From Acidimicrobiaceae bacterium (GTDB lineage: Bacteria > Actinomycetota > Acidimicrobiia > Actinomarinales > Actinomarinaceae), in contig JAOMBT010000003.1 in NCBI GenBank assembly GCA_028344675.1, positions 288 to 64,287 on the forward strand: 64,000 nucleotides of DNA. Reading direction: 5' to 3'. Shown here piece after piece: positions 28,354 through 37,498 of this stretch. The position numbers and the translations under genes are program-made. Each line of letters starts with the position of its first letter. Positions within the stretch are counted from its first letter, which is position 1. The notes under the pieces are model-generated. The model was not told the origin of the DNA. It was given only the letters and a program-made list of their open reading frames with translations, and made no database searches.

Positions 28354-28667
28354 GAGTTTTTACCTAAGAAAAACTTTTTTATATCGCCTTTACTAGTTTT
28401 AAAACTATACAAAACATAAATCGCAGTTGTAAGATTTCCAAGAATCATTACAAAAAATATCCATATAATAGATTTATTTAATGGTTCTTTATAAAAAATC
28501 CAAATACTGAAAAGTGTAAAACCTGCATAGAGGTCAACAAGTGATACGACTCCCCATGGAAGTTTCGGAATGGGTGAGTCAAAAATAGACACTTGGCTTT
28601 GAGCCCATAAAATTACCCCAATCATAGATACAGTAATAATGTATGTAATTAACTTTGTTATAGTCAT
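28350..28667 (-). CDS. Small integral membrane protein (105 aa), unknown function
   Basis: ORF track with three predicted hydrophobic helices. No recognisable catalytic motif. Confidence 0.45.
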   Translation of the reverse strand: MTITKLITYIITVSMIGVILWAQSQVSIFDSPIPKLPWGVVSLVDLYAGFTLFSIWIFYKEPLNKSIIWIFFVMILGNLTTAIYVLYSFKTSKGDIKKFFLGKNS

Positions 28668-28698
28668 ACTGTAGATTTTAAATTAATCAAAAAGAAAA

Positions 28699-29313
28699 AT
28701 GAAAGATAGCAAAATTATTTCAAGAATTCTAAGACTTGATAAAAATATATATAATGAACTCCTTGTTCTAAAAGATTCTTTACAAAAATCTATTTTTATA
28801 TATTTAACTTCATCTATTTTGCTTACACTTGGAGTTTTTAGGTTTATTAATGGAGTTGTAGATTTTATAAATGAAAATTTAATGTCATTTCAGCAAGAGC
28901 TTTCTACTCAGGAATTTTCAATGATTAGATCTTTAATAGATGAACTTGAAGTAGCTTTTAACAGTGAGAATGCTTTTTCTAATATAACATCCTCAATTAC
29001 ATCTTCTGTAATTTCAAGTGGTTTAGGTCTTATTATTATTTTCTTTGTTCTCAAATATTTGCTTAGACAAGATCCAGAACCAAAGAATTTAGTAATTATA
29101 TATTTTTATTCAAATGTCCCAGCCTTGCTTATAACACCAACATTTGTAATCTCTTCAATTTTTGTGCAGGGGATTTTAGTAACATTTGTTGCTGTATTTT
29201 CTATTGTCACTTTTGGATCAGGATTGAAACAGGTCTACTCTCTAAGAAACATAGAAGTTATACTACTTCTTGTTTCATGGATGTTTGGTTCTACTATTCT
29301 TGGGTCAATTTGA
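28699..29313 (+). CDS. Integral membrane protein (204 aa), unknown function
   Basis: ORF track with multiple hydrophobic helices. No motif recognised. Confidence 0.45.
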   Translation: MKDSKIISRILRLDKNIYNELLVLKDSLQKSIFIYLTSSILLTLGVFRFINGVVDFINENLMSFQQELSTQEFSMIRSLIDELEVAFNSENAFSNITSSITSSVISSGLGLIIIFFVLKYLLRQDPEPKNLVIIYFYSNVPALLITPTFVISSIFVQGILVTFVAVFSIVTFGSGLKQVYSLRNIEVILLLVSWMFGSTILGSI

Positions 29314-29315
29314 TT

Positions 29316-29912
29316 ATGAATGCTGGAGTAATTCTTGCTGCTGGAGACTCTACTAGAATGGGTTTTTTAAAACAATTAGCTGAAATTAGAGATAAACCCA
29401 TTCTTGAGCTAATTGTTGAAAAAGTAAATAACTATTTTGAATTTTCATCAGTTGTTCTAGGATTTGAAAATGAAATTATAACTGAAAAAATAAATTTTTA
29501 TAATTCAAATATATTGATTAATGAAAATTGGAATGAAGGAATTCTTTCATCTATCAGAACAGCTTTATTTTTTTATCAAAACCAAAAAGAAGTTGATGGC
29601 ATTGTTTTCTTCTTAGGTGACCAACCTGATATTAAGAATGAAGTAATCCAAACAATGCAAAATAAGGACGTAGTTGACAGTAAAGTTTTAATCCCGCAAT
29701 ATAGATATAAATTAGGTTTTCCTATTTTTGTTCCAAGACAATTATGGCCAAAGCTTGAACTATTAACACAAGAAGATAGTCGAGAAATAGAACCTTCAGT
29801 TTATAAAGATTTTGATTTGGTTGATTATTTTATTTCTTCGGAAACAAAAGTTGAAAAGTTAAATTTTAATTTTTTAAGCCCTACTGATTATGATGAGGAA
29901 AAAGATTTTTGA
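29316..29912 (+). CDS. MobA-like NTP transferase domain protein (nucleotidyltransferase, MocA/MobA-like)
   Basis: The N-terminus MNAGVILAAGDSTRMG is the typical MobA/MocA nucleotide-binding loop. I prefer the ATG at 29316 over the ORF-track start at 29277, because 29277 overlaps the upstream gene. Confidence 0.65.
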   Translation: MNAGVILAAGDSTRMGFLKQLAEIRDKPILELIVEKVNNYFEFSSVVLGFENEIITEKINFYNSNILINENWNEGILSSIRTALFFYQNQKEVDGIVFFLGDQPDIKNEVIQTMQNKDVVDSKVLIPQYRYKLGFPIFVPRQLWPKLELLTQEDSREIEPSVYKDFDLVDYFISSETKVEKLNFNFLSPTDYDEEKDF

Positions 29913-29975
29913 GAGTGGGAAAATCTTATATAAAAAACCATTTGTTTATGTTGAAAATTTTGTAAAATTTAAAAC

Positions 29976-30380
29976 ATGAATTCAATTAATTCAATAAATG
30001 GCATGACTCACACTGAAGCAACAAAATTAAGAAGAGCAAGAGTCAGAACAACAACTACATTTTTACAAATAGCATCATCAAGATCAGGACGAGCATTACT
30101 AACTAAAGAAACTGGTATCAGCTCACCTAAGTTACTCCACTGGGCAAGAAGAGCTGAATTAATGAAAATCAAAAACTTAGGAAGAGACTATGCTGACCTT
30201 CTTGAAGCTGCCGGGGTAGAGAGTGTATCAGAATTAAGAAGAAGAAATCCTGAATCTCTTCACGAGTCTATGGATCATATAAATGTAAAAGCAAAAATAG
30301 TAGAAAGAATGCCTTCACTTAAAAGAGTTAATAAATGGATAGAGGATTCTAAAGATATAGAGATTAAGGTTTCTTCTTAA
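29976..30380 (+). CDS. DUF4332-like helix-hairpin-helix protein
   Basis: 134 aa. The segment IKNLGRDYADLLEAAGVESVSELRRRNPESL resembles DUF4332 proteins. Confidence 0.5.
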   Translation: MNSINSINGMTHTEATKLRRARVRTTTTFLQIASSRSGRALLTKETGISSPKLLHWARRAELMKIKNLGRDYADLLEAAGVESVSELRRRNPESLHESMDHINVKAKIVERMPSLKRVNKWIEDSKDIEIKVSS

Positions 30381-30406
30381 TAATTCGTACTATCTATTAT
30401 TAAGAT

Positions 30407-32113
30407 GTGAATAAAAAAACAGTTAGAATTACTGGAGCACAATGCTCATTTTCTGTTGGTGCAATTCAACAAAACAAGAATAAAATTCTTAAATGTTTTG
30501 AAAAAGCTGAATCAGTTCAGTCGGATATTATTATTTTCCCCGAACTTGCTATCACTGGATATCCACCAGAAGATTTACTCTTAAGAGAAAGTTTTATAGG
30601 AAAAAATTTTGCTGTTCTTGAAGAAATTGCAGAATTTTCATCCAAAACAAGCGGGATTATAGGTTTTGTAGATAGGAAACTAGATAACAATAGCTCAGAT
30701 AAAAATAGTAGACCTATCGCTAATGCTGCTGCAATTATTCAAAATGGTGACGTCAGGGGAATATATCATAAAACATTTTTACCGAATTATTCTGTATTCG
30801 ATGAAGCAAGGTATTTTTCTAAAGGTACGGAATCAAATCAATTGTTCTGGTATGAGGATGTAGCAATTGGAATTAATATTTGTGAGGATATTTGGATTGA
30901 AGATGGACCAGCCGAAGAGCAGGTTCAAAGTGGTGCTTCTTTAATTATTAATATTAATGCTTCTCCGTATGATATAAATAAAAGTGAATCAAGAAAAGAA
31001 ATTGTAAGAAATAAAGCTGCTAAGTTAAACGTCCCAATTATTTACTTGAATATGGTCGGTGGACAAGATGAACTTGTTTTTGATGGAGGGTCTTTTGTAG
31101 TTGACGAAACTGGAGAAGTTATTTATCAAGCAAGCCAGTTTGAGGAAGAAGTATTTCACTTAGATTTAGATCTACTTATTAAGAGGTCTACAGATAAACC
31201 AAACTTAGAGTTGAGAGAAAAATCAATAGAGTTAGACAGTATGGTTTTAACACCAACACTGACTCAGAGTGAATCTATTTATTCAGCATTAAAACTTGGT
31301 TTATTTGACTATGTTACAAAGAATAACTTTAAAAAAGTACTCATTGGGATCTCTGGAGGAATTGATTCTGCCTTGACTGCAGCTATATGCGTTGATGCTT
31401 TAGGGCCTGAAAACGTAACGGGTGTTGCAATGCCATCAAAATATAATTCAAATGAATCTTTAAATGATGCTATAGCTTTGTCAAAAAATTTAAATATGGA
31501 GTTAAAAGTAATTGAAATTGAGCCACTTGTAGAGACCTTCAGAAGTACTCTATCTTCAGCAGTAGCGAATAAATTATCCCAAGTTACAGATGAGAATATT
31601 CAATCTAGAGTTAGGGGGAATATTTTGATGGGCCTATCAAATCAGACAGGAGCTATGGTTGTTTCAACTGGAAATAAATCAGAAATGGCAGTTGGATACT
31701 CAACCTTATATGGCGATCTAGCTGGTGGATACGCATTACTTAAAGATCTTTACAAAACCAAGGTGTATGACTTATCTAATTTTAGAAACGGTATTTCTAA
31801 TGTAATACCAGAGAGTATAATTTTGAAAGAACCTAGCGCAGAACTAAGACCAAACCAACTCGATAAAGATTCCTTACCCGACTACAAGGTATTGGATACA
31901 ATACTTAATCTGTATATTGAAAACGATAGTTCATCAGAATCAATAATCCGAACAGGAATCGATGCTTCTCTAGTTTATGAAGTTTTAGAAAAAGTAGACA
32001 AAAATGAATATAAGAGAAAACAGGTAGCTCCAGGTGTTAAATTGACTGAAAAAGCATTCGGCAAAGATCGCAGAATGCCAATTACTAACACATACATAAG
32101 GCAAAGAGATTAA
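30407..32113 (+). CDS. nadE: Glutamine-dependent NAD+ synthetase
   Basis: 568 aa. N-terminal CN-hydrolase domain with Glu (IFPELAITGY), Lys (YHKTFLPNY) and Cys (INICEDIW). C-terminal NAD synthetase domain with the SGGIDS PP-loop. GTG start. Confidence 0.92.
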   Translation: MNKKTVRITGAQCSFSVGAIQQNKNKILKCFEKAESVQSDIIIFPELAITGYPPEDLLLRESFIGKNFAVLEEIAEFSSKTSGIIGFVDRKLDNNSSDKNSRPIANAAAIIQNGDVRGIYHKTFLPNYSVFDEARYFSKGTESNQLFWYEDVAIGINICEDIWIEDGPAEEQVQSGASLIININASPYDINKSESRKEIVRNKAAKLNVPIIYLNMVGGQDELVFDGGSFVVDETGEVIYQASQFEEEVFHLDLDLLIKRSTDKPNLELREKSIELDSMVLTPTLTQSESIYSALKLGLFDYVTKNNFKKVLIGISGGIDSALTAAICVDALGPENVTGVAMPSKYNSNESLNDAIALSKNLNMELKVIEIEPLVETFRSTLSSAVANKLSQVTDENIQSRVRGNILMGLSNQTGAMVVSTGNKSEMAVGYSTLYGDLAGGYALLKDLYKTKVYDLSNFRNGISNVIPESIILKEPSAELRPNQLDKDSLPDYKVLDTILNLYIENDSSSESIIRTGIDASLVYEVLEKVDKNEYKRKQVAPGVKLTEKAFGKDRRMPITNTYIRQRD

Positions 32114-32115
32114 CT

Positions 32116-32934
32116 GTGTATTTAATTAATAGTGTTCAAGTAGAAAAAAAAGATTTTATTATTCCTGTAGAAAACATGGGAGTTTGGAGAGGCGATGGGG
32201 TGTTTGAAGCTATTAAAATTCACAATGGATATCCATTTGCAATAGACCATCATATTGAAAGACTTTCAAAGTCTTGCTTAAAGGTATTTTTTGAAAATAT
32301 TGATTATAAAAAAATAAAAGAAGATATAATTTTTATCGCTAATAAGTATAAAGATGGTTATGTTCGTACATTAATTTTACGAAGTGAACAAAGTAGTCAT
32401 GATATATTTTGTTTTTATCAACCACCAATCTCAATTTCACATAAATTTTCATTACAAACACAAAAAGCCTTTTGGCAAAGTGGCGGAGACTATGATTTAA
32501 AATCAACATTTAATATCGGAACAAAATCAACTTCGTATGGAATGAATATAAGTCATACAAGGGCAGCAGAGCATGATGGCTTTACAGATGCACTTCTTGT
32601 GAACAAAGATGAAATTATTTTAGAAGGTCCTACATTTACGTTTGGCTGGATTAAGAATGATAAAATATATGTTCCAGATTTGAAACTTGGAATCCTAGAC
32701 TCAATCACAAGGCAGTATCTAATTAAATTTGGAGTTGAAAAAAAACTTACAGTTTTGGAAGATAGAATTAAAACAAGTGATTTGGATAAAATTGATGCTT
32801 GTTTTGTTTTATCAACTGCAAAACACGCAGTTCCTGTATTTAAAATAAATGATATTGAATACCCAGACCATAATTTAATTACAGAAATTCAGAATACTTT
32901 TACTGAGCAAATAAGGACAGAACGTACAAATTAA
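32116..32934 (+). CDS. Class IV (fold type IV) aminotransferase family protein (IlvE/PabC-like)
   Basis: 272 aa with N-terminal GDGVFEAIKI and overall class IV aminotransferase organisation. GTG start 2 nt after the nadE stop. Confidence 0.65.
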   Translation: MYLINSVQVEKKDFIIPVENMGVWRGDGVFEAIKIHNGYPFAIDHHIERLSKSCLKVFFENIDYKKIKEDIIFIANKYKDGYVRTLILRSEQSSHDIFCFYQPPISISHKFSLQTQKAFWQSGGDYDLKSTFNIGTKSTSYGMNISHTRAAEHDGFTDALLVNKDEIILEGPTFTFGWIKNDKIYVPDLKLGILDSITRQYLIKFGVEKKLTVLEDRIKTSDLDKIDACFVLSTAKHAVPVFKINDIEYPDHNLITEIQNTFTEQIRTERTN

Positions 32935-32945
32935 AAGGAGGTTAT

Positions 32946-33983
32946 ATGAGACTTACAGAGTATTCTCATGGTGCTGGTTGAGCATGTAAACTTTCTCAGA
33001 AAGAACTTGCTCAGGTACTGAAGCACTTTAAACAACAAAATAAATCAGACTCTCATAAAATACTTGTTGGTCTTGACACTCCTGATGATGGAGGGGTAAT
33101 TGAATTACAAAGTGGTGTTAAAATTATACAGACCGTTGATTTCTTTACACCCATATTAGATAATCCTTTTGATTGGGGAAGGGTCGCGGCAGCAAATGCC
33201 CTATCTGATATATATGCAATGGGAGGTAAACCATTATCAGCTTTACAGCTTGTTTCATGGCCAAGAGAAGACTTATCATTTGAGATACTTTCAGAAGTAC
33301 TAAATGGTGGTTTGCAAATAATGAATCAAGCCGGCTGTACTATTATTGGCGGACACAGCATAGATGACAAAGAACCCAAATATGGTTTTGCAGTTACTGG
33401 AATCATCGAAGATAATATTTACAGAAAGACAAATATAAAAGAAGGTGATAGCTTATATTTAACTAAACCTCTTGGATCAGGAATTATCTCATCAGCAATT
33501 AAAAAGAATATCGCAAGCAAAGATTGCATTAAAGAAGTAACGGATTTAATGACAACTCTGAATGACAAAGCTCTTCAGTTAGCATCTGAAATGAACGCTA
33601 ATGCAATTACGGATGTTACTGGTTTTGGTTTACTGGGGCATTTGATTGAAATGGTTGGTGAAAATGACTTGTCTGTTAACCTATTTTCAAATAAAATACC
33701 GTTTCTTGAATATGCAGAAAAATATCTAGAACAGGGGATTTATCCTTCTGGAAGCACTAGAAACTTAGAGTCTATTAGAGAACATATACATTTTGATAAA
33801 AGTGACGAATCAATAGTAAACCTAATGGCAGATGCACAAACCAGTGGAGGTTTACTGTTTTCATCTCCGAAAAAAACTTCTGAAAATATTGACTCTATTT
33901 GTCAAAAAATAGGAATTGAAATATGGGAAATAGGAAATATTGTTTCGAAATATAAAAATAAAGTCAATATTATTAAGTCTTAA
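32946..33983 (+). CDS. selD: Selenide, water dikinase (selenophosphate synthetase) SelD, selenocysteine-containing; in-frame UGA at 32979..32981
   Basis: The ORF track lists only 33219..33983. The same frame is open from the ATG at 32946 apart from one TGA. It translates to MRLTEYSHGAG-U-ACKLSQKELAQVLKHF...VGLDTPDDGGVIEL...QTVDFFTPILDNPFDWGRVAAANALSDIYAMGGKP. This matches the SelD N-terminus, with U at the catalytic Cys (E. coli GAGCGCK). Confidence 0.9.
32979..33013 (+). promoter_or_regulatory. Candidate SECIS-type hairpin starting at the selD UGA
   Basis: Outer stem TGAGCA (32979-32984) pairs with TGCTCA (33008-33013). Inner stem CTTTC (32991-32995) pairs with GAAAG (32999-33003). The UGA codon itself is base-paired at the foot of the structure. 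Confidence 0.5.
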
Positions 33984-34906
33984 TGATAAAAACAATCACA
34001 AAAATATTTGCATTTGTAACAATACTTAAAAATTTGCTTGAAACCAAGAAGGGTGATATCACAGGAACTACTCAAATTCATCCCAGTAAGTATCCAGGTA
34101 GAACAGTCTTTGTACGAGAAAAAGAATATTTCATAAGAGAGTCCTATATTGATGGCACACATCCAGTAGTTTTTCTACACAGCTGGGGTACTGATTCTTT
34201 GGGAAGTTGGTTTAAAGTTTTACCACAGATCAAAGGAAAAAAGTCTTTTATTGCTATTGATTTAAGAAACCATGGAAAATCTGATTCGAGTTGGAAAAGA
34301 TGGGATGTGGATGAAAATGCAGATATCGTGATAAGTATTTTAAAGCAATTAAATATTGAGTCATGTGATTTAATTGGGTGGTCTATGGGAAGTGCTGTGG
34401 GTATGTCTATTGCAAAAAAACAAAAAAATTTATTAAGAAAACTTATTCTTATTACTCCATTTAGTTGGCTTGGTGGAGCTGTTTACAACGAAAAAGTTGC
34501 ATTTAAAATTTTTGTCAGTTTTGTAAGAATTAGGGAAAGATTATTTCCAAATTTTAACCCACAGTCAAAGTATTCATTTCTTAAAAAATCAAATTCCATT
34601 GAAGATGAATATACAGAATGGGCATGGAACAACCTACATAAATCAAAAGATGATTTTATCTATGCAGACGGAGGAAGGTTTGTTGTTCCATATGATGCAA
34701 GGCCATGGATTAATCAAATTGAATGTCCAACACTTGTAATTACGGGTGGAAAGGATAAATTAGTTCCTGAAGAGACATCTAATGAAGTAATCAAAAATTT
34801 GATAAACGTAGAATCTAAAGTCATTGCAGATGCTGGACACTCAATCCCATGGACCCACTCTGATGAACTGATGAAAGAAGTAAATAACTTTCTAGATAAT
34901 GAATAA
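33983..34906 (+). CDS. Alpha/beta hydrolase fold protein
   Basis: 307 aa with the nucleophile elbow GWSMG and a C-terminal His motif (DAGHSIPW). Its ATG overlaps the selD stop (TAATG). Confidence 0.75.
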   Translation: MIKTITKIFAFVTILKNLLETKKGDITGTTQIHPSKYPGRTVFVREKEYFIRESYIDGTHPVVFLHSWGTDSLGSWFKVLPQIKGKKSFIAIDLRNHGKSDSSWKRWDVDENADIVISILKQLNIESCDLIGWSMGSAVGMSIAKKQKNLLRKLILITPFSWLGGAVYNEKVAFKIFVSFVRIRERLFPNFNPQSKYSFLKKSNSIEDEYTEWAWNNLHKSKDDFIYADGGRFVVPYDARPWINQIECPTLVITGGKDKLVPEETSNEVIKNLINVESKVIADAGHSIPWTHSDELMKEVNNFLDNE

Positions 34907-36029
34907 AGTACTTTTTGTCGCACCTACAAAATATAATTACCCAATTAAGGAAGATCTAAAAAGTAAATTTGTAATATTGTCAGAGATTTGCAAACCATTT
35001 GTATTTGCATTTAGTAATAAGAAAAAAACAACTGCAGTCGGAAATACAAATTTAATTCTTTATAAAAAATTAAATAGTAGATTTTTAAATTATCTCAAAA
35101 TAATTTATCTTTTTGGATTTATTGTACCTAAAAAAATAAAACAGAACCAGATTGATATTATTTGCCTTCAAGATCCTGTCACAAGTTATTTTGCTATAAA
35201 ATCTTTAAAACTAAGGAACTCTAAAGTAAAAATTGTACTTGAGACTCATGGAGATTTTATTGAAACGATTGCACTTGAAAAAGAACTGCTAATTCCAAGC
35301 ATCTATAAAAAATTATTTAAATTTTTTGCATCTTACTCTATTAAAAATGCTGACCTCATTAGAACTATCTCTTCATTTACTGAAGAACAAGTCAAAGTTT
35401 ATGGATATAAAGACAACTTTGTTAGATTTCCTGCGTGGATAAATCTTTCTAAGTTTTTAGAAGCAAAAACTATTAGAGATAAACATGACGATTTTAAGAT
35501 AATATTTGTTGGTAGCGTTACAGACAGAAAAAACCCTGACTTAATTGTTAAGGCAATTAGTGAATTAGATGATGAAATATCTTTAGAAATAATAGGCCCA
35601 ACTCCTAACAAGACTTACCTTAATGAATTAAAAAAATCTATATCTAATTCTCAACATAAAAAAAATATCTTGTTGACCCCCTTCATTGCTATTGATGAAC
35701 TTATAGAAAAATACTCAAATGCAGATCTATTTATATTGCCATCAAAATCAGAGGGCTTGGGTCGAGTAGTTATCGAAGCTCAAGCAACAGGATGTCCAGT
35801 CTTAGTTTCTAGTAATACAGGAGCAGTGGATTTAATCATTGATCATGAAACAGGTTATATTTTTGAAAATGATAACTTAGAGGATTTAAAAGACAAAATT
35901 AAAAATATAATTGATAATCAGCAGCACTCAGTTCAAGTCGGTTTAAATGGAAAAAGTTTTGTAACTCAAAACCATACAATTGAAAATTTTAAATTTGGAT
36001 ATAAGAAGCTATTTGATTTAGTTAACTAA
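34899..36029 (+). CDS. Glycosyltransferase, GT4 (GT-B fold) family
   Basis: 376 aa with the C-terminal E-x7-E region SEGLGRVVIEAQATGCPV. It overlaps the hydrolase gene by 8 nt. Confidence 0.8.
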   Translation: MNKVLFVAPTKYNYPIKEDLKSKFVILSEICKPFVFAFSNKKKTTAVGNTNLILYKKLNSRFLNYLKIIYLFGFIVPKKIKQNQIDIICLQDPVTSYFAIKSLKLRNSKVKIVLETHGDFIETIALEKELLIPSIYKKLFKFFASYSIKNADLIRTISSFTEEQVKVYGYKDNFVRFPAWINLSKFLEAKTIRDKHDDFKIIFVGSVTDRKNPDLIVKAISELDDEISLEIIGPTPNKTYLNELKKSISNSQHKKNILLTPFIAIDELIEKYSNADLFILPSKSEGLGRVVIEAQATGCPVLVSSNTGAVDLIIDHETGYIFENDNLEDLKDKIKNIIDNQQHSVQVGLNGKSFVTQNHTIENFKFGYKKLFDLVN

Positions 36030-36086
36030 AACTTATAAATCTAATAAGAAAATAAAATTGTCTATCCCTGTTGCTATTCTTTTAGT

Positions 36087-37109
36087 ATGGAAATTTTATT
36101 TTATGCTGTAGTTGTTCTACTTTTGGCTGCAAATTTATATTTTGTAACAAGAAAAGACAATAGTGATGAAAAAGAGGATGAATACTTAATAAAGGGAATT
36201 GTTAGTGAACTTATTGATAATGAAGAATCACAAATTCATAAACTTTTAAACAAATCAGATAAAACTGTGAGAGAATTATTAGAGAAAACGGGTGAAATTA
36301 AGAGTTCAATTACAGGTGTTGATCAGCAAACTAGGAACTTAATATCAGTACTTAATAACAATCAAAGTAGAGGTCAATGGGCTGAATTTCAAGTGGAAGA
36401 CTTACTTGGCATCATGGAATATAAAGACGGTATTCATTATGAGACTCAAAAAATTATGAGCAGTGGAAATAAGCCTGATTTTACTTTTTATCTTCCAGAT
36501 GATAAAACGATTAATATGGATTCTAAATTTCCTTTAACGATTTATATGGAAATATCAAAATTGAACAGAGATTTAGAAGACGACTCTTTAGATGAGATTT
36601 CCAGAAGAGACATCACAGATTTAATTAAAAACAAAAATAAAGAATTTCTAGATAGAGCAATAAAGAACAAAATTGACGAAACTTCAACAAGAGAAGGATA
36701 CATATCCCCAGAAGAAGACACTGTTGATTTTGTTTTGATGTATATACCCTTGGAAAATTTGTATCATTTCCTTCTTACATCAACCATAGGAGCAAAGAAT
36801 ACTCCAGTGATTCAATATGCATTTGCACAAAAAGTAATCCTTGTAAGCCCTCAAACTCTTATGGCATACCTTGAAACCATCAGGCATTCAATGAAATTAT
36901 TTAGTCTGCAGACTGATACAAAAAATATTTTATCCACTCATGAAAAAGTTAAGAACGAAATAAGAAAGTTTATAGATTCATTTGATGAAACTACAAAAAA
37001 ACTAGATCAAACTGTTAAAGCTTTTGATTCTTTAAAGTCAACTCGCGTAAACAAATTAGAAAAGTCATTCGAAGAGCTTGACGAGGTAAATAAGAAACTT
37101 AGTGACTAG
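36087..37109 (+). CDS. rmuC: DNA recombination protein RmuC
   Basis: 340 aa with an N-terminal TM helix, a coiled-coil region and an RmuC-like nuclease region (RGQWAEFQVEDLL ... KPDFTFYLPDDKTINMDSKFP). Confidence 0.75.
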   Translation: MEILFYAVVVLLLAANLYFVTRKDNSDEKEDEYLIKGIVSELIDNEESQIHKLLNKSDKTVRELLEKTGEIKSSITGVDQQTRNLISVLNNNQSRGQWAEFQVEDLLGIMEYKDGIHYETQKIMSSGNKPDFTFYLPDDKTINMDSKFPLTIYMEISKLNRDLEDDSLDEISRRDITDLIKNKNKEFLDRAIKNKIDETSTREGYISPEEDTVDFVLMYIPLENLYHFLLTSTIGAKNTPVIQYAFAQKVILVSPQTLMAYLETIRHSMKLFSLQTDTKNILSTHEKVKNEIRKFIDSFDETTKKLDQTVKAFDSLKSTRVNKLEKSFEELDEVNKKLSD

Positions 37110-37498
37110 TAGTTACTAGATAGCCTTGTAACTACCATTATGCATTTATCATCAATAAAATCTTTATCTTCTTGGGTTAACAGATTCGAGAGATTTTCAC
37201 TCTCGGCACCAGGTTGATACCAAAAATGATTATAACCTTCCTCAACTAATTCTTTTGTGATATTCAGGCCAACCTCTGGAGGGACAACAAAATTAATAAT
37301 CGAAGGACGAGAGGGCAGGTCTTGCACTTTTGAGTATGCTTTTAATCCAGCGATAGAATCTTCTTTATGATTGATAGGGACAACATTATAGTTTTTAGCC
37401 AATAGATCTAATAAAATTTTGTTTCCGTACTTATTTTTATCATTACTAGCACCAATTAAAGCAATTAAATTATCTTTATCTTTTAAGGAATCAATCAA
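37106..37498 (-). CDS. CoA-binding domain protein (YccU/YneT-like)
   Basis: 130 aa with a Rossmann-like N-terminus (IALIGASNDKNKYGNK). Size and pattern match small CoA-binding proteins. Confidence 0.65.
   Translation of the reverse strand: MIDSLKDKDNLIALIGASNDKNKYGNKILLDLLAKNYNVVPINHKEDSIAGLKAYSKVQDLPSRPSIINFVVPPEVGLNITKELVEEGYNHFWYQPGAESENLSNLLTQEDKDFIDDKCIMVVTRLSSNY

Noticed and set aside
33219-33983. ORF-track start (ATG at 33219) as the true start of the selD-like gene
   Set aside because: The upstream in-frame sequence back to 32946 encodes the conserved SelD N-terminal domain. It is interrupted only by one TGA at the catalytic Cys position. A 254-aa protein would lack the active-site loop.
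33980-34162. Cys-rich 60-aa ORF (…KYCYKCKYFCDCFYH) antisense to the selD/hydrolase junction
   Set aside because: It is antisense to two supported genes, and its Cys/Tyr/Phe richness follows from reading AT-rich codons backwards. It has no ribosome-binding site.
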